Shown here: positions 18,792 through 28,763 of the stretch, in pieces
Layout of the letters: each line of letters opens with the position of its first letter
How positions within the stretch are numbered: position 1 is the stretch's first letter
Sequence record: SRR22947727_3704
Length of the DNA stretch: 51,301 nucleotides
Reading direction: 5' to 3' (one strand)
Made by a program: the position numbers and the translations under genes
The notes under the pieces: generated by a model
Told to the model about the DNA's origin: nothing
The model's input: the letters and a program-made list of their open reading frames with translations, nothing else
Database searches by the model: none

Positions 18792-19838
18792 ATGAAGAAA
18801 GTAGTTACGTTTGGAGAAATTATGTTGCGTTTAGCGCCACAAGAATTTTTAAGATTCTCTCAGGCATCTAGCTTTGATGTAGTATATGGAGGAGGAGAGT
18901 CAAATGTAGCAGTATCACTTGCTAATTATGGTGTTCCTGTGAATTTTGTAACTAGATTGCCTAAAAATGACATTGGTGAGTGCGCTCTTATGGAAATGCG
19001 TAAGAGAGGTGTTAATACAGATCATATCATAATAGGCGGAGATCGTTTAGGAATCTATTTCTTAGAGACAGGAGCTGTATCTAGAGGCTCTAAAGTGGTT
19101 TATGATAGAGCTCATTCTGCTATGAGTGAAATTAAGCCAGGTATGGTTGATTGGGAGAAAGCATTTGAAGGAGCAGATTGGTTTCATTGGACTGGAATTA
19201 CACCTGCAATTTCACAGTCTTCAGCCGATGCTTGTCTTGAAGCAGTTCAAATTGCTAGCAAGATGGGACTTACAATTTCCACAGATTTAAATTATAGAGC
19301 AAAGCTTTGGACCTATTGTGATAATTCTAAAAGAGAGGAGATTATGACTGAGCTCACCTCGTATTGTGATATTGTTTTGGGCAATGAAGAAGATGCTGAA
19401 ATGCACTTTGGAATAAAGCCTGAGGGAATTAGTGTTCAAACTGAGGGGCATAATGTTAAGGCAGAAGCTTTTTTGTCTGTTTGCGAACAAATGATGAAAA
19501 AATTCCCTAGAGCAAAAAAGGTCATTACAACTCTTAGAGGCTCTATTAGTGCATCTCACAATACTTGGGCTGGTGTTTTGTTCGATGGAAAAACATTATA
19601 CACTTCCCCACAATATCAAATCACTGATATTGTCGATCGTGTTGGTGGTGGAGATTCATTTATGGGAGGACTCATATATGGGTTAAAGCAATATCCTAAT
19701 GACGATCAAAACGCTTTAAATTTTGCAGTAGCGGCCTCTTGTTTAAAACACACTATAAAAGGAGATGCTAACTTAGTAACCGTTTCAGAGGTTGAAAAAC
19801 TTATGGGGGGAGATGCTTCAGGTAGAGTTGCAAGATAA
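18792..19838 (+). CDS. kdgK: 2-keto-3-deoxygluconate kinase (PfkB family)
   Basis: FGEIMLRL, GGGESNVA, DLNYR, DRVGGGDSF. Confidence 0.92.
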   Translation: MKKVVTFGEIMLRLAPQEFLRFSQASSFDVVYGGGESNVAVSLANYGVPVNFVTRLPKNDIGECALMEMRKRGVNTDHIIIGGDRLGIYFLETGAVSRGSKVVYDRAHSAMSEIKPGMVDWEKAFEGADWFHWTGITPAISQSSADACLEAVQIASKMGLTISTDLNYRAKLWTYCDNSKREEIMTELTSYCDIVLGNEEDAEMHFGIKPEGISVQTEGHNVKAEAFLSVCEQMMKKFPRAKKVITTLRGSISASHNTWAGVLFDGKTLYTSPQYQITDIVDRVGGGDSFMGGLIYGLKQYPNDDQNALNFAVAASCLKHTIKGDANLVTVSEVEKLMGGDASGRVAR

Positions 19839-19861
19839 ATTTTATATAGAATCGAAAAAAT

Positions 19862-20530
19862 ATGGCAAGATACTCAAGAATAGAGGTGGCACAAGTTATG
19901 AAAGAAACAGGATTAGTTCCTTTGTTCTTTCATTCTGACATTGAAGTTGCAAAAAAGGTTTTACAAGCATGTTATAATGGAGGTGCGCGTCTTATGGAAT
20001 TCACTTCTAGAGGAGATTTTGCTCATGAAGTTTTTGGAGAATTAAACAAATACGCTTTATTTAAACTTCCAGGGATGATTCTTGGAGTAGGTTCCGTAAC
20101 AGATGCAGGATCCGCTTCTTTATATATGCAGTTAGGTGCTAATTTTGTTGTTACACCTGTACTTAGAGAAGATATCGCAATTGCTTGTAATAGAAGAAAA
20201 GTACTTTGGTCACCAGGCTGTGGAAGTTTAACTGAAATAGCAAAAGCAGAGGAATTGGGTTGTGAAATAGTAAAACTTTTTCCAGGCGGTAGTTATGGCC
20301 CAAGCTATGTAAAAGCAATTAAAGGCCCACAGCCATGGACGAGCATTATGCCTACAGGAGGAGTATCTCCAACCAAAGAAAGTATTGAGGCATGGTTTAG
20401 TGCAGGAGTAACTTGTGTTGGTATGGGATCAAAACTTATCTCTAATGAAGTTATTGCTAGTGGAGATTACAAAGGGTTAGAAAATAAAGTCAGCAAAGCA
20501 TTAGCTCTAATCAAATCAGCTAGAGGATAG
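19862..20530 (+). CDS. eda: KDPG/KHG aldolase
   Basis: EFTSR, GVGSV, VKLFP, MPTGGV. Confidence 0.92.
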   Translation: MARYSRIEVAQVMKETGLVPLFFHSDIEVAKKVLQACYNGGARLMEFTSRGDFAHEVFGELNKYALFKLPGMILGVGSVTDAGSASLYMQLGANFVVTPVLREDIAIACNRRKVLWSPGCGSLTEIAKAEELGCEIVKLFPGGSYGPSYVKAIKGPQPWTSIMPTGGVSPTKESIEAWFSAGVTCVGMGSKLISNEVIASGDYKGLENKVSKALALIKSARG

Positions 20531-21451
20531 ATGACAAGGATATTGTTATTTGTGTTTTTTATTTTAATAGGTTGTAGTAAAGAAAATGAAACACAAAACA
20601 GGCCTGTTAGTTCTGGAAGTGAAACGCTAGTGTCCATAGATGAAACTAGTTCGACTGGAGAGCAAGAAAACACTTATGCTTCAATAGATTTCTCGAACTG
20701 GAAGCTCACACTCCCAGTAGATGAAAATAATAATGGCAGTCCGGATGAATATTTACCAGCAAGTTTGGTAAATGGAGCCTATCGGTCCAACAATCAAATT
20801 AAGCCATTCATGTATGACCAAATAGAGGATTCCTCTATTGTATTTTATACCTATCCACAGTCTTCTACTACCAACAGTTCTTATTCAAGAACAGAGCTAA
20901 GAGAATTAATTAACCCCTCGAATTCAAGAATAAACTGGACCCTAGCACAGGGTGGTGAAATGAGGGGTAGATTAAAATTAGAGACTATTTCAAAAGATGC
21001 AGCTTCTAATATGGAATATCACAAGACTATAGTGATGCAGATCCATGGAATTATCTCTATTTCAGACATGGAGACGCATGGTTTTAGTTCAAACAATGGA
21101 CCTCCATTAATTAAAATATATTGGAAAGATGGCTTTTTATGGTGTCATAAAAAATCTTTAGTAGATGAGGCCACAAGTGGCGATGCACTTTTAGAGGTGA
21201 GCTCCAGTATTTGGACAGATGAAAAAGACAACCTAGGTTATGTTGGTTTTGAACCTTTTGATTTTAGAATTACCGCCAGCAATGCGAAAATTGAGGTACA
21301 ATTAAATGAAAACGAACCACTGATTTATCAAGATATTAGCCTAGAGAAATGGCCTTTTGAAAATTATTTCAAAGCTGGAAATTACTTGGGATCTACTGCA
21401 CAGGGAGCTTTTTCCTATGTGAAATACTATAATCTAGAGATTGTCCATTAG
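20531..21451 (+). CDS. PL7 alginate lyase lipoprotein
   Basis: Lipobox LIGC; YSRTELRE, QIH, YFKAGNY; starts immediately after the eda stop. Confidence 0.9.
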   Translation: MTRILLFVFFILIGCSKENETQNRPVSSGSETLVSIDETSSTGEQENTYASIDFSNWKLTLPVDENNNGSPDEYLPASLVNGAYRSNNQIKPFMYDQIEDSSIVFYTYPQSSTTNSSYSRTELRELINPSNSRINWTLAQGGEMRGRLKLETISKDAASNMEYHKTIVMQIHGIISISDMETHGFSSNNGPPLIKIYWKDGFLWCHKKSLVDEATSGDALLEVSSSIWTDEKDNLGYVGFEPFDFRITASNAKIEVQLNENEPLIYQDISLEKWPFENYFKAGNYLGSTAQGAFSYVKYYNLEIVH

Positions 21452-21597
21452 ATCCTAAGTATGTGTAGGCTTTTTTGCCTTGTGATATAAAACCCACAGT
21501 TAAACCAATAGAAGAAAATAACACCCCAGCTAGATTAGTACGAATCAGACCACTGTAACGATTTAATCACCAGGTGGTTTTAACTGTATTTTAAGCG

Positions 21598-23187
21598 TCA
21601 TAGGAGATATTCAGTCGTAATAAAGTTAGACGCTTTGGATTGAAGTAAGTTTTCAATAATTTTTTTGTTTTTAGGGCTGTCTTTGGTAGCCACAAAGGTT
21701 CTTATTGAAAATGATCGTAAGGCGTCGTAAACACTTAGTGTTCCTACTGCAGAATTTTTTCTTCCCGCAAAAGGATAAACGTCTGGACCTCTTTGGCAGG
21801 CACTATTTAAATTCACCCTACACACTAGATTAGCCAGGGCGTCTATTAATGGACCCAGGTCTTCAGTATTCTCTCCAAACAAACTCACTTGTTGTCCATA
21901 ATTAGATTCAGCCATATCATTCAAAGGCTTTTCTATATCGTCATATGATATTATTGGAATAATAGGCCCAAATTGTTCTTCATGGAATAGCCTCATTTTA
22001 TCATTTACAGGGTACAGTACTGCGGGATATGAATAATGATCAGATAATTCCCCACCCCTTTTATTGATCACTTTTGCGCCATGGCTTACAGCGTCATTAA
22101 TGAGCTCTTGAATATAGGCTGGTTTTGAAGTTTCAGGGAGCGGCGTTAAAAAAGTGTCTTCCCAAGGCATACCAAATACTAAGTTGTCTACAGCTTTTGC
22201 AAATAGCGCATTAAAATTCGTTACAATAGACTCATGAACATACAGTACTTTTAAAGCAGTACAACGTTGTCCGTTAAAAGATAAAGTACCAGAAATACAC
22301 TCTTTTACAGCATGTTCAAGGTCTGCATCTGGTAAAATAATCCCTGGATTTTTTGCTTCTAATCCTAAGACCAATCTAAGCCTGTTTTTATTTGGATGTA
22401 AATCCTGAAGCGACACCGCAGAAGAGCTGTGACCAATTAATGCCAAAACATCTATTATTCCAGTTTTCATGATAGGAGCGGCAATGCTACGCCCCCTTCC
22501 AAACACTATATTAACCACTCCTGGGGGAAAACTTTCTTGAAATGCTTTTAGTAATGGCGCTATAAGCAACACGCCAAGTTTGGCTGGTTTAAAAACAGCT
22601 GTATTTCCCATAATAATTGCTGGGACGAGCAAACAGAAAGTTTCATTGAGGGGGTAGTTGTAGGGGCCAAGACACAAAACAACGCCAATGGGTCCCCTTC
22701 TAATGTGGGCTAAAACACCCTCTTGGTGGTCAAATTTCGCACCTTTTCGATCTATGTTTTTATAGGCTTCTATGGTGTTTTTAATGTATTCTATGGTTCT
22801 GTCGAATTCTTTATACGAATCGGACTTATTTTTGCAAATTTCCCACATAAGAAGCTTCACCACTTCCTCTCTGTAAAGTGCCATTTTGGCTACAAACACC
22901 TCCATGCATTTCAGTCTATCTACAACAGACATGGTAGGCCAAACCCCTTTTCCCCTGTTATAGGCTTTATTAGCTGCATGAACAGCCTCTAGAGCAGACG
23001 CTTCACCCATGTCAGGAACAGTGCCTAAAAATGTTGGGCTTGTATTACCTTGACTGTCTGGAGACTTAATCACAGAGAACACTTCCGTAGTAGCTCCTTT
23101 CCATTCTTTTAATTCTCCATCAATTAAATAGGAATTACTGTAATAAGGTGTTATTTTAAATTCGTCAGGTATTTTTTCAAAGCTCAT
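21598..23187 (-). CDS. gapN: Non-phosphorylating NADP-dependent glyceraldehyde-3-phosphate dehydrogenase (ALDH superfamily)
   Basis: [35 protein letters not shown]. Confidence 0.85.
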   Translation of the reverse strand: MSFEKIPDEFKITPYYSNSYLIDGELKEWKGATTEVFSVIKSPDSQGNTSPTFLGTVPDMGEASALEAVHAANKAYNRGKGVWPTMSVVDRLKCMEVFVAKMALYREEVVKLLMWEICKNKSDSYKEFDRTIEYIKNTIEAYKNIDRKGAKFDHQEGVLAHIRRGPIGVVLCLGPYNYPLNETFCLLVPAIIMGNTAVFKPAKLGVLLIAPLLKAFQESFPPGVVNIVFGRGRSIAAPIMKTGIIDVLALIGHSSSAVSLQDLHPNKNRLRLVLGLEAKNPGIILPDADLEHAVKECISGTLSFNGQRCTALKVLYVHESIVTNFNALFAKAVDNLVFGMPWEDTFLTPLPETSKPAYIQELINDAVSHGAKVINKRGGELSDHYSYPAVLYPVNDKMRLFHEEQFGPIIPIISYDDIEKPLNDMAESNYGQQVSLFGENTEDLGPLIDALANLVCRVNLNSACQRGPDVYPFAGRKNSAVGTLSVYDALRSFSIRTFVATKDSPKNKKIIENLLQSKASNFITTEYLL

Positions 23188-23244
23188 AGGGTCTCATTTA
23201 CAATCAATTATAAATATAGCAAAAAATAACTACTTAATTGAAAC

Positions 23245-23652
23245 CTACTTACGCTTCCAAACTTGGGTGCGTCCCAGAAATGAGAAGCCCAAGAAACCAC
23301 GAACGTTTAGGGTGTTTGGATTTTCAAAAGTAATGGTGCAGTCATAGGACTTTCCGTTGGCTGGATCCATGATTTTTCCGTCGCTCCAAGCGGCATCGTC
23401 TCGAGAGAGACCCCTAACAATAATAAGCCCTTCAATGGGTTTGTCTTTTTCTGATCCCTTGCAGTTCACGCATTTTTTACCCTGGTCTTCTGGAAGTAAT
23501 AATTTGCTTACTCGGCCATAGAGCTTGCCTTGTGTTACATAGAGTTCAATTTCTGATTTGGCCACGCCTGTTGCGTCGTCAATATTGACCCAAATGCCTT
23601 CTACATTGGGTGTTTGAAGCAATAAAAAGAGAGATAAGAGTAGTGAATACAT
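23245..23652 (-). CDS. DUF2147 family exported protein
   Basis: G.W…DD..G..KS.I, G.I.DPANGKSY.C, L.VRGFLG…GRTQVW.R pattern. Confidence 0.85.
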   Translation of the reverse strand: MYSLLLSLFLLLQTPNVEGIWVNIDDATGVAKSEIELYVTQGKLYGRVSKLLLPEDQGKKCVNCKGSEKDKPIEGLIIVRGLSRDDAAWSDGKIMDPANGKSYDCTITFENPNTLNVRGFLGFSFLGRTQVWKRK

Positions 23653-23739
23653 TTTTTATTTTAAAAATAGGCATATTGTAAATAATAACAAAATGACCTT
23701 ATTTATTTTAATAAGCTGAATTAGTAAATGAAATGTATT

Positions 23740-25119
23740 CTAAAAATCCTGATACCCCATTTCGAGATTTAATTTAAACACTGCCTCTGGATTAAAAGCC
23801 TCAATAGCCACAATCTCCAGTTGTTTATTTAATAGCAGTACTTTTTTGTCATAGGTTTCTTGCCATGCTGATTTTTTCCAATCACCTTGATCTGTCATTA
23901 AATCAGACAGTGCTTTCATGGCACTCAATACTGCTTTAATCTGGTTGGGGATCCAAGAGGTAATTGGCGTTCCACCTGTGGCTTTTGGATAGGCTGTATT
24001 TTGCATAATGTATTTTTGCACAAATTGCCAATGGCCATTTCTGAAGAGATAAATTTCTTCGTATACCTGCATGAGGTGCTGCATGCCCAATTGGTTGTTG
24101 GTCTCTTTTAGCCGCTCTACAAGCGGTCGTTTATTCATTTCAGTAGCCAACTCCTTAAAGAAATCTTGTACACATTGTGGACGGTATTCTCTGAGATCCA
24201 TTAGGTATTGGGTGAGTTGATTTTGTGGGTAATAATGGATCACACCAGAGGCAATGTCTGCTGTAGGTATAATGTTATCTTGGGCCCCAGTTTGCCCTCT
24301 ATAGGCGTGAGGTTCTTTCCAAACCCCCTGATAGGTAAGTCCATTTGGAAAAATGTCGTCATTGCCTTTCACGCCCATAATAAACACCCTAAAATCATTG
24401 TAGTGTTTCCATCTAGAAGCCTCCCACATAAGTCTTCTTCGGTTGTTCATTTTTCTCATTGTGTCTGATAAAAGCGCGACAGAATCTGTTAAAGAAGCAT
24501 CGTTGGCCTCTTTGGCCGATACCCCAAAGGCAGCCTTTACCAAATCTGGTGAGAATTGATTAATATCTACATGAAGCATGATAAAACCACGTTCGTCATC
24601 CATACCAGAAAACTTCACTGCCATGGCTAAATTCTCCCATTCAAACCCTTTTGTTTTATTTATTTTATGATAGTTTCCAAGGGAGTATGAATAGTGATAA
24701 TCAATCCAAGGAAATACACCCAGGGCTTCTGATACTGTTACAAATGGTTGCGCAATGACCTTTGGAAGTGTGTCGTGAGCGGTGCCATATTTTCCAGTCT
24801 TAAGGAAAGCGTGGTGTGCAGGCGCTAAGGTGTAGGCAGAGGTAACAAAGCTGTACGCCCTAAAAAGTGCCGCTTTTACAAAAGGATCTGTTTCTTTTTT
24901 CACCTGTTCCTGATAATTGGGCAATGCAGCTGCTTTTTTCTCAAAAGCGCCCTCGGTAGCAAGCAATCCAGGGGCACCATTATTTAATTTAATGGGCATT
25001 TGGTCTACTAAAGTTTGCAGCTCCTGATAAGTTTCAGGTAATTTATGTAAGGGCTCATGAATGGGTAAAAAACCGTGGATTGGGTCTATTGAAAAGAATC
25101 CGTCTGAATATATTTTCAT
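23740..25119 (-). CDS. Indoleamine 2,3-dioxygenase (IDO/PrnB heme-dependent) family protein
   Basis: HGFLP, ERGFIMLH, FRVFIMG, YRGQTGAQD, LREYRP, FRNGH…KYI (proximal His) and ATGGT motifs match the IDO pattern. Confidence 0.8.
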   Translation of the reverse strand: MKIYSDGFFSIDPIHGFLPIHEPLHKLPETYQELQTLVDQMPIKLNNGAPGLLATEGAFEKKAAALPNYQEQVKKETDPFVKAALFRAYSFVTSAYTLAPAHHAFLKTGKYGTAHDTLPKVIAQPFVTVSEALGVFPWIDYHYSYSLGNYHKINKTKGFEWENLAMAVKFSGMDDERGFIMLHVDINQFSPDLVKAAFGVSAKEANDASLTDSVALLSDTMRKMNNRRRLMWEASRWKHYNDFRVFIMGVKGNDDIFPNGLTYQGVWKEPHAYRGQTGAQDNIIPTADIASGVIHYYPQNQLTQYLMDLREYRPQCVQDFFKELATEMNKRPLVERLKETNNQLGMQHLMQVYEEIYLFRNGHWQFVQKYIMQNTAYPKATGGTPITSWIPNQIKAVLSAMKALSDLMTDQGDWKKSAWQETYDKKVLLLNKQLEIVAIEAFNPEAVFKLNLEMGYQDF

Positions 25120-25186
25120 AGGTAGGGTTTAGTATTTGTTGTAAATGTAACAATAACTACCAATAATGTACTAAAAATAATACAGT

Positions 25187-27463
25187 TTAGCTTTTTTCAA
25201 ACCTTTTCAATAGTGCCGGTAGGTAAAAAAGGTCTGTGATCAGTGCTGTGCTTACGGTTACTGCACACAAAATGCCAAAAGAGCGCACGGAGGGGACTGC
25301 ACTGGTGGCGATGATTAAAAATCCCGCCACCAAGGCTACCGTGGTAGCCAACAGCGCCGTGGCGCTGTAGTGCAGCGCCTGGTCTATGCGCTTAGGGGGA
25401 CTTTCGAATGTTGTTTTATATTTCCTGTATTTGTAGATAAGGTGAATGGTGTCGTCCATGGCAATGCCAAGCATAATAGGGGTAATCATGGCTGTTGTCA
25501 CATCTAATGGAATCTTAAAAAGCCACATGAGAATGGCCAAGACTGCCAAGGGTAAAATGTTTGGAATAAGCACCAAGAGCGTGGTTCTAATCTGTCTAAT
25601 AAACAACCAAAGACAGATAAAAGCGGCTATAAATGCCGCAAAAAAGGATTTTAATTGGGTGGCTAGGATGAATTTATTTAAGCCAGCAAATACCACCGCA
25701 AATCCATTGACTTTTAGGGTGTATTCTGTAGGGTCAAAATGGGATTGAAAGGTCTTTTTAACAGATTCTATGACCTGTTCTAATTGGGCTGTTTTCATTT
25801 GAGGGAGACTCAAGGTAATGCCCACGCTACTGAGGTCTTCAGAGAAGAGTTTAAAAAATTGGTTGTCATTATTTTCTAGGGAGCGGAGCAATTGGGCTGC
25901 GTCCTGCTCTGAAACAGCCATACCTTTTAATGCAGGATTTCTTTTTTCTAAGAAGGCCGCCATATTCACCACAGATATTGGGGCTGTGATGAGGGGATTT
26001 GTGACTATTTCTTCTTGAAAACTCCTGAGTAATTCTAGGCTTTTTTTATCCATTACAGTGCTGCCGCTTGCACTAGAAATTTCCAGTTGTAAACGAGAAC
26101 TCCCTTCTAATTGCGCCTCTACTTTTCTAAGGTCTTCTTTAGCAGGTCCCTCTGCCAAAAGATTTAATGAATCTGTATTGATCTCTACCTTTGTGATGGC
26201 AAATATTCCTAGCATCAGCAGGGCAGAAAAACCAGTGATAATGTTTAAGTTATAGCGAGAAGTAGTGGCGTTTATCCAGGAGACCAATGCGGTTTGCTTA
26301 GGTGTTTTAAGCTTTGGGACTTCTTCCTTCCTTATGGCCTTCTCCTCTGGTTTGGCCGCTTTCATAAAGCTCACACCAATAATGGTGATTAGGTACACCA
26401 ACACATAACTCAGCACAAGACCAATACAGGTAAAGAGCCCCATATTTTTAAAAGCAGGAAGCGGGGAGAGGTAAAGGGCAAAATAACCTACAAAAGTGGT
26501 GAGTGTGGTGTAAAAGCAAGGGGTAAAACTCTTTTTAATGGCAGCGCTCAGCCGGTCTATTGTAGCGAGGCCATAGGCTTCTCTGTCGTAAATATTAATT
26601 AAATGCACTACGTCACTCACGCTGTAGACCATTAAAATAGTAGGAATAAGCATGGAGATCATATTCAGGGAATATCCAAAACCACTGATCATTCCAAACA
26701 AAATACTGATGGGTGTTCCCACAGAAAATAGGGCAATCAGCAGGTATTTTTTACTGGGTAAGAACCACAGTAGCATCAGGGTAATGACTAATACAGTAAG
26801 CCCCCCAAAAAGGAGACTCTCTTTGTATATGCCTTTATTGTAGGCCTCATTTAATACAGGAGGTCCAGTAATGTGGTAGCTTTCAAAATACCTTGAAATG
26901 ACGGTTTCTATCTCTTGGGCAATGTCTTTTCTGTCCTTTTCAATGCTTGGGGTAGGCCTTAGTTGTACATAGAGGAAAAGATTTTTAAAATCCTTTGAGA
27001 CCAGTTGGCTCATTACCTCCGGCATATCACCCCATAATTTTTTAATGCTCTTTTCGCTGCGTTTTTCCTCATACAAAGGTCGGAAACTCACTTTTTTCCC
27101 TGCTATGACAGGGTATTTTGCTTTGGCCAAACTATAGGCGGTTTGTACAAAGGGCATGCTGTCTAAGCTGTTGTTGAGCGCCCTTAACAAGTCAACATTC
27201 TTTTGCTCCAAAGCATTGGAAACGGGTAGCATCACAATGAAAATTTCATCCGAACCATAGGTTTCCTGGTACTCAATATAGGCTTTATAGCTAGGGTCTT
27301 CTTCTAAAAACCAAATACCCAGAGAGTTGTCAATAGATAATTTTTTTAGGGTCTGCAATCCGGAAATCCCTACAATAAGCACCCCTAATACAATCAGTAA
27401 CCATCTGAATTGAATCACAAAGCCAATACTTTTGTGAAGAAAAGAAGCTGTTTTTAGGGACAT
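25187..27463 (-). CDS. MMPL/RND-family exporter
   Basis: Two repeats of 1 TM + periplasmic loop + 5 TM; VSDVVH and GIAMDDTIH motifs. Confidence 0.85.
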   Translation of the reverse strand: MSLKTASFLHKSIGFVIQFRWLLIVLGVLIVGISGLQTLKKLSIDNSLGIWFLEEDPSYKAYIEYQETYGSDEIFIVMLPVSNALEQKNVDLLRALNNSLDSMPFVQTAYSLAKAKYPVIAGKKVSFRPLYEEKRSEKSIKKLWGDMPEVMSQLVSKDFKNLFLYVQLRPTPSIEKDRKDIAQEIETVISRYFESYHITGPPVLNEAYNKGIYKESLLFGGLTVLVITLMLLWFLPSKKYLLIALFSVGTPISILFGMISGFGYSLNMISMLIPTILMVYSVSDVVHLINIYDREAYGLATIDRLSAAIKKSFTPCFYTTLTTFVGYFALYLSPLPAFKNMGLFTCIGLVLSYVLVYLITIIGVSFMKAAKPEEKAIRKEEVPKLKTPKQTALVSWINATTSRYNLNIITGFSALLMLGIFAITKVEINTDSLNLLAEGPAKEDLRKVEAQLEGSSRLQLEISSASGSTVMDKKSLELLRSFQEEIVTNPLITAPISVVNMAAFLEKRNPALKGMAVSEQDAAQLLRSLENNDNQFFKLFSEDLSSVGITLSLPQMKTAQLEQVIESVKKTFQSHFDPTEYTLKVNGFAVVFAGLNKFILATQLKSFFAAFIAAFICLWLFIRQIRTTLLVLIPNILPLAVLAILMWLFKIPLDVTTAMITPIMLGIAMDDTIHLIYKYRKYKTTFESPPKRIDQALHYSATALLATTVALVAGFLIIATSAVPSVRSFGILCAVTVSTALITDLFYLPALLKRFEKS

Positions 27464-27587
27464 CAGTGCTTTTAATTTACCCGTAAAGGTATGAAAAACG
27501 CCGGGGGGAACTGTTTTAAATGCGTTTGAAATAGGGGTAAAATCAAAAAACTTTTAGTAGCTTGAAGGCTCAATTTAAATACAAAAA

Positions 27588-28556
27588 ATGAGCTATTTAA
27601 ACGCTACCAAAGACTTATATAAAGAAGCAGCCCTCACCCCAGACGTGGGGCTTTGTTGCACCACCACCCCTATTTGGCAGTTTCCGGGTTTAAAAATTCC
27701 TAGCATCATGCAGGAGATGAATTACGGTTGCGGAAGCACGGTGCACCCTAGGGATTTAGTGAATAATCCCAAGATTGCTTATGTAGGTGTTGGTGGCGGT
27801 ATGGAGCTCTTGCAATTTGCCTATTTTTCCAGGCAGAAAGATGGGGTTATAGGGGTAGATGTGGTAGACGAGATGTTGGCAGCATCGGCCCGCAATTTTC
27901 AAATTGCGGAGGCCCAAAACGATTGGTTTAAAAGTGAGTTTGTGGCCCTTAAAAAGGGCGACGCCTTAGCCCTTCCCATTGAAGACAATTCCATAGATGT
28001 GGCTGCTCAAAACTGCTTGTTCAATATTTTTAAGATGGAGGAGCTTAAAAAAGCCCTTCAGGAAATGTACCGTATTTTAAAGCCACACGGTCGTTTGGTC
28101 ATGAGTGATCCTACCTGTGAACAACCCATGAATGACGCCCTTAGAGACGACGACCGCCTCAGAGCGCTTTGTCTTTCGGGTTCTATTCCGTTAAAGGATT
28201 ATATAAAAATGCTCACGGATGTGGGCTTTGGAACTATTGAAATAAGGGCGAGAAGGCCTTATAGGATTTTAGATACGGCGCACTACGCCACCGATGAAAA
28301 TATCTTTATTGAAAGTGTAGAGGTCTGTGCCATTAAAGATCCTATGCAGGCAGACGGTCCCTGTGTATTTACAGGAAAATCTGCCATTTACTTTGGTTCA
28401 GAGGACTATTTTGACGACAAAAAAGGCCATGTGCTGCTTCAAAACCAGCCCCTTTCTATCTGCGACAAAACTGCTGCAGCTTTGGGTAGTCTAGATAGGT
28501 CAGATATTTTTATAAGCGATAGCACCTTTCATTATGACGGGGGTGGTTGTTGTTAA
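27588..28556 (+). CDS. arsM: Arsenite S-adenosylmethionine methyltransferase, arsenosugar-associated type
   Basis: LCC, NYGCGS, YVGVGGG SAM motif, QNCLFN, RALCLSG, C-terminal GGGCC. Confidence 0.85.
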   Translation: MSYLNATKDLYKEAALTPDVGLCCTTTPIWQFPGLKIPSIMQEMNYGCGSTVHPRDLVNNPKIAYVGVGGGMELLQFAYFSRQKDGVIGVDVVDEMLAASARNFQIAEAQNDWFKSEFVALKKGDALALPIEDNSIDVAAQNCLFNIFKMEELKKALQEMYRILKPHGRLVMSDPTCEQPMNDALRDDDRLRALCLSGSIPLKDYIKMLTDVGFGTIEIRARRPYRILDTAHYATDENIFIESVEVCAIKDPMQADGPCVFTGKSAIYFGSEDYFDDKKGHVLLQNQPLSICDKTAAALGSLDRSDIFISDSTFHYDGGGCC

Positions 28557-28721
28557 TAGGCGGTTTCAATAATTAAAGAAAAAGATTCATTTTAGAAGGA
28601 AATCGAGGGGATTTGTTTTTAATCGAAAAAGCTTCGCTTGAAGGGCCTCTATTATTTTATAAATTGATTTCCATGCCTCCTTTTTATGCATAATATCTAC
28701 TGTTTTATTATCTTGGTATTT

Positions 28722-28763
28722 ATTACGCATTATGAAAAATTACGCATTATGAAAAATTACGCA
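28722..28763 (+). repeat. 17-bp tandem duplication spanning the amylase start codon
   Basis: ATTACGCATTATGAAAA twice, followed by ATTACGCA. Confidence 0.9.

Noticed and set aside
28686..28748. Longer amylase start (MHNIYC…)
   Set aside because: The lipoprotein signal starts at ATG 28749; the extension runs through the tandem duplication
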